From the NCBI GenBank assembly GCA_050084985.1, contig JBITNC010000001.1, positions 173,538,001 through 173,602,000 on the forward strand: a stretch of 64,000 nucleotides of DNA, read 5' to 3'. The notes beneath the pieces are model-generated. The model had not been told where the DNA came from and ran no database searches. It was given only the letters and a program-made list of their open reading frames with translations. This DNA comes from Nageia nagi (taxonomy: Eukaryota; Plantae; Pinophyta). Of the stretch, positions 60,852-64,000 are shown in pieces (positions within the stretch are counted from its first letter, which is position 1; every line of letters starts with the position of its first letter). Both the position numbers and the translations under genes were made by a program.

Positions 60852-63800
60852 AAAATTTCCATGTGGGGGTCATTGTTAGGAAATGGTAAATACCATGTGA
60901 GTCTTCCTAGGGGGTATTTTTAATATCAAGGTTAACTATTGGTATATTGGTAAATATTTTATAGGGAGAGGGGGGTTAGGGGTGTTTAAAATTAATTGAA
61001 TATATTCTACTAGTATAAAATAAGGGAGGGGGATGGGGTTTTTGGGGATTCGATGTTATATTTGATTTTGTATTCTAAATTTATTATAACTTTAATTTCT
61101 TAGATTCCATCGACTATATTAATAACCATTTTTATTTTTTATTTAGTAAATTATAAACTCATTTGGCCTATTTTTTATTTGATAAATAGTGAATTATAAA
61201 AAATAAAATAAAATCTTTTATTTTATTGAGCGATTATTTTTAATTCAAATATTTTTTTGAAAGGAAAAAAAAAAGAAATAAAAAATTATATTCTATTGAG
61301 TAGAAAAGAACTACAAACTTATTAAATTTAATTTCAACCTTACTTATGTTTCAACATATTCAATGACTTTTTAGCCTTCCTTGATATGATACAGTAATTT
61401 AGTGCACCCTTTAATTTGCTTTCTTTGGAACTTGGAGGAGTAAGAGGGCAAGCATATGTTCATGTTGAAAAATAGATAGTTTATTTATTTATTTTTAATT
61501 AAAGAATGTATTAAGTATGAGCAAATTATTTTGTAGGCACAAATAACTTATTTTTTCAAGGTTCTAGGTGTTATTTAAATTTGAAGGATCTAAATCTACG
61601 TTTATATATTTTTGCTTTCTATTTTTAAATTTCTTTTTTAAGATAAAAAAGAAAAAATAACATAACAAAAACAAGTTTGATGATTTTATTATGCAACTTA
61701 ATTATATTAGAAACAACCATTCAAATAATTAATTGAAATGAACCACTATTAAAATGATAAATAAAATTATGAATATAATATTACAATGATATAAATAATT
61801 ATTTAAAAAAATTAAGAAAAAAATTATTTTAGATGCTAGGTAAACCCATGATAAACCTTTTAGTAAAAAATAAGCTTCAACATTCTAATGGAATTGATCC
61901 ACGAAAATCCAATGATTGATAATTGATGTCCATGCATGACACAGATCATGGCTTCAACATTATCCAACGGTGGGAGAGGAGTATGGACTCATTTAGCACT
62001 AGCATGTTGTGTTATATAAAGAGGGATATTTTATTTTAGAAAAGCACATCATTTGAAAAGTAGTAAGAGAAATATGAAGGGAAGGGACGATGTCTTGGTG
62101 GGAAATTACATAAAGGGGATGGGGAAGGGAGGAGTAAAGTGACACATGAAGTGGTTTGGGATAATATTCATGGCATCATCAAACCTTACGTGATGAAGAG
62201 GAGGGCATATGAGAGGTTTCTTGATCTTCCCATGTGGGATTAGATGGACATTGATGTTGTGATCCCATCCTCTTCCTTCTCAAGGGATGTCATGGATGTG
62301 GCCAACACTCACTTTGATTAGAAAGAGATCCTTGAATCCTATGTCTTCACTGCGAACTTGTCTTGTAACATAGAACTTCCCATTTCTACAACCATTTTTA
62401 CCATGCTTTAAAATCTTGAGTTTTGTCTTAATATTTATAGTGTTTTATCAAGTTTGAGAAAGGAGGATATGAAGATTGCATTGGTTAATAACAAGGCATT
62501 GAGGATAAGCGAGGAGCCTAAGTAGGTAGAGAAGATGGATCAGTGGCATCACTTAGAGCAGTTAATTAGGATATTCATGAGGCAATTTTGTCTGCCTAAT
62601 AAGGTGAATATGAAGGGAATATATACCAAACTAGAGAACTTTATGTTGTTATTGAAGGCCCCTAAAACCCAACCTGATATTACAGCTGATGATGATGTTA
62701 AGAAAATTGAAATTAACAATGCATAGGAAGGATGGAGTGATTTTTAGGGCATAGATAATGCATCTTTGTGTATGGTTATAGAAAATAGAGAAATGAATGT
62801 GTTTGATGTGATTGGGTGGGCTGCCTAAAGATGAAAATAAATATATGAAAATCTTATGAATGTGAGAATCTTAAATGTTTTAAAGTAGTTGCTAAAAATG
62901 TTATGGTTGAGTTTTAGAAAATATCATAATAATAATTTTAAGATTTGGGTTTGTTAATTTTTTTTTAAATTATTTAAAATGCAAAGAGATTTAAATTTGG
63001 ATTTTACATATGTTAAAGATCTCAACAATTTTTATTACAAAAAATAATAATATAATTTTTAGGAAAATAATAAAAACTATCATAATAAGTTATGGGTTAC
63101 CTCATAATTCATATGCTCTATGACCTTATCCTTATGGGAGGTTGTTTCTCTACTTTTTTGCTTGTCATGTTGCCCTGTTGCAAGTGTTTCACTTCTAGAG
63201 GTGGTTTCACTGCATGTTGTTGTAGGTGAAGAAGAGACCCCTGACAATATGGTGTGCCATCCATAAAGCTCTAAAAATAATATGTTACAACCTATTAAGC
63301 TCTAAAAATAATATGTTAAATCATCTTTATGGTAGTTTAAACATGAATTTCCTTATAATCATATGCACATGTTATTTAGATTGTTATAACGATATCTAAA
63401 AAGAAATTAACTTTTAAAAGTATTGATGGAGCATACAACTCATTAATAATCTAGACATGAATATTCATTAAATTCATTTGCTAAAAAAATATAAAATTAG
63501 ACATATTATATTATTAATATTTAAATTAAAAAATTAATTATTTTTTTATATTAAATTAATTTAAAATAATTGAATATGAAAATATATTATATTTATACAT
63601 ATAATTAAAGTATAAAAAATAAATCATTAATTATATTAATAATTGAGAAATTGATACTATTACAATGGTTTGAAAGATGGTAATAGGGTAAGTTTTGAAA
63701 AGGGGTTATTATTTATTGCATAATGGCTTTACCATGAGTGGTTTAATAAATTAAAAGAGAAGGTGGTAAATTTTAAAAATAGGGGATTTTTTAAGAAGCT

Positions 63801-63856
63801 TGCAGACACATGTGTTTTAAAGATTTTCTACTAAGTGACCCCCCCATGAAAATTTC
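60852..63856. mobile_element. ~3-kb AT-rich TIR-bounded insertion (Mutator-like?) between PBS and gag of element C
   Basis: AAAATTTCCATGTGGGGGTCA at 60852 versus TGACCCCCCCATGAAAATTTC ending 63856; imperfect similarity extends ~45 bp; TSD degenerate. Confidence 0.6.
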
Positions 63857-64000
63857 AACCCCAAATTTTATGCAGATAAGCTTTGATACCACGTGATACG
63901 TAATCATCAGATGCTTATAGCATACTCAGATCCTCACTTACAAATTCAAATGAAAAGACATTCACTGTTACAAGACCCATCAAATAGCATATAAATTCAA

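Larger units (their letters stand above)
55800..64000 (-). mobile_element. Element C: decayed Ty3/gypsy retrotransposon (PBS 63879-63891, 5'LTR from 63894 running off the window; 3' LTR poorly preserved)
   Basis: gag EAKVDIPTFGG...LVWWES; protease CIVDMRSQVNLI; RT FGLCNAP, VYFDDI; RNase H VETDAS; IN MDRFSKM...HLQTDGKIE; GPF tail; PBS reverse complement AGCTTTGATACCA. Confidence 0.88.

Noticed and set aside
60885-60900. PBS/LTR boundary for element C at ggtaaatacca-tgtg
   Set aside because: Falls inside the TIR of the 3-kb insert; a better PBS exists at 63879-63891.

Overview
AT-rich, heavily C->T-decayed plant nuclear DNA. The very large TE-filled introns and element types suggest a gymnosperm (inference). 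The backbone is a + strand WDR12/YTM1 ribosome-biogenesis gene with 12 coding exons visible (15482-52722). Its 5' NLE/UBL exons are not in the window, one intron is 27.6 kb, and one splice junction is 1 nt out of phase. Upstream, probably also intronic, are (a) an LTR element whose internal region is a >=5.1 kb fold-back with mismatches strongly biased to G.T/G.U wobble pairs on the sense strand, and (b) a Tat/Ogre-like 3' region with a decayed ~1,000-aa antisense ORF, its own TATA box and an array of eight fixed-length 48-bp palindromes. The 27.6-kb intron holds a chromoviral Ty3/gypsy element (A). A related-LTR non-autonomous element (B) is nested in A in reverse orientation, and B's gag-pol is largely replaced by a chimeric ORF with Agenet/Tudor-like and B3 domains. 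A's 3' LTR is split by an 8.3-kb block carrying hAT transposase, LINE and two LRR-XII receptor-kinase pseudogene pieces. Downstream of the gene is another decayed gypsy element (C) interrupted by a TIR-bounded 3-kb insert. All alignments were done by eye, so TE coordinates are approximate unless termini are quoted.
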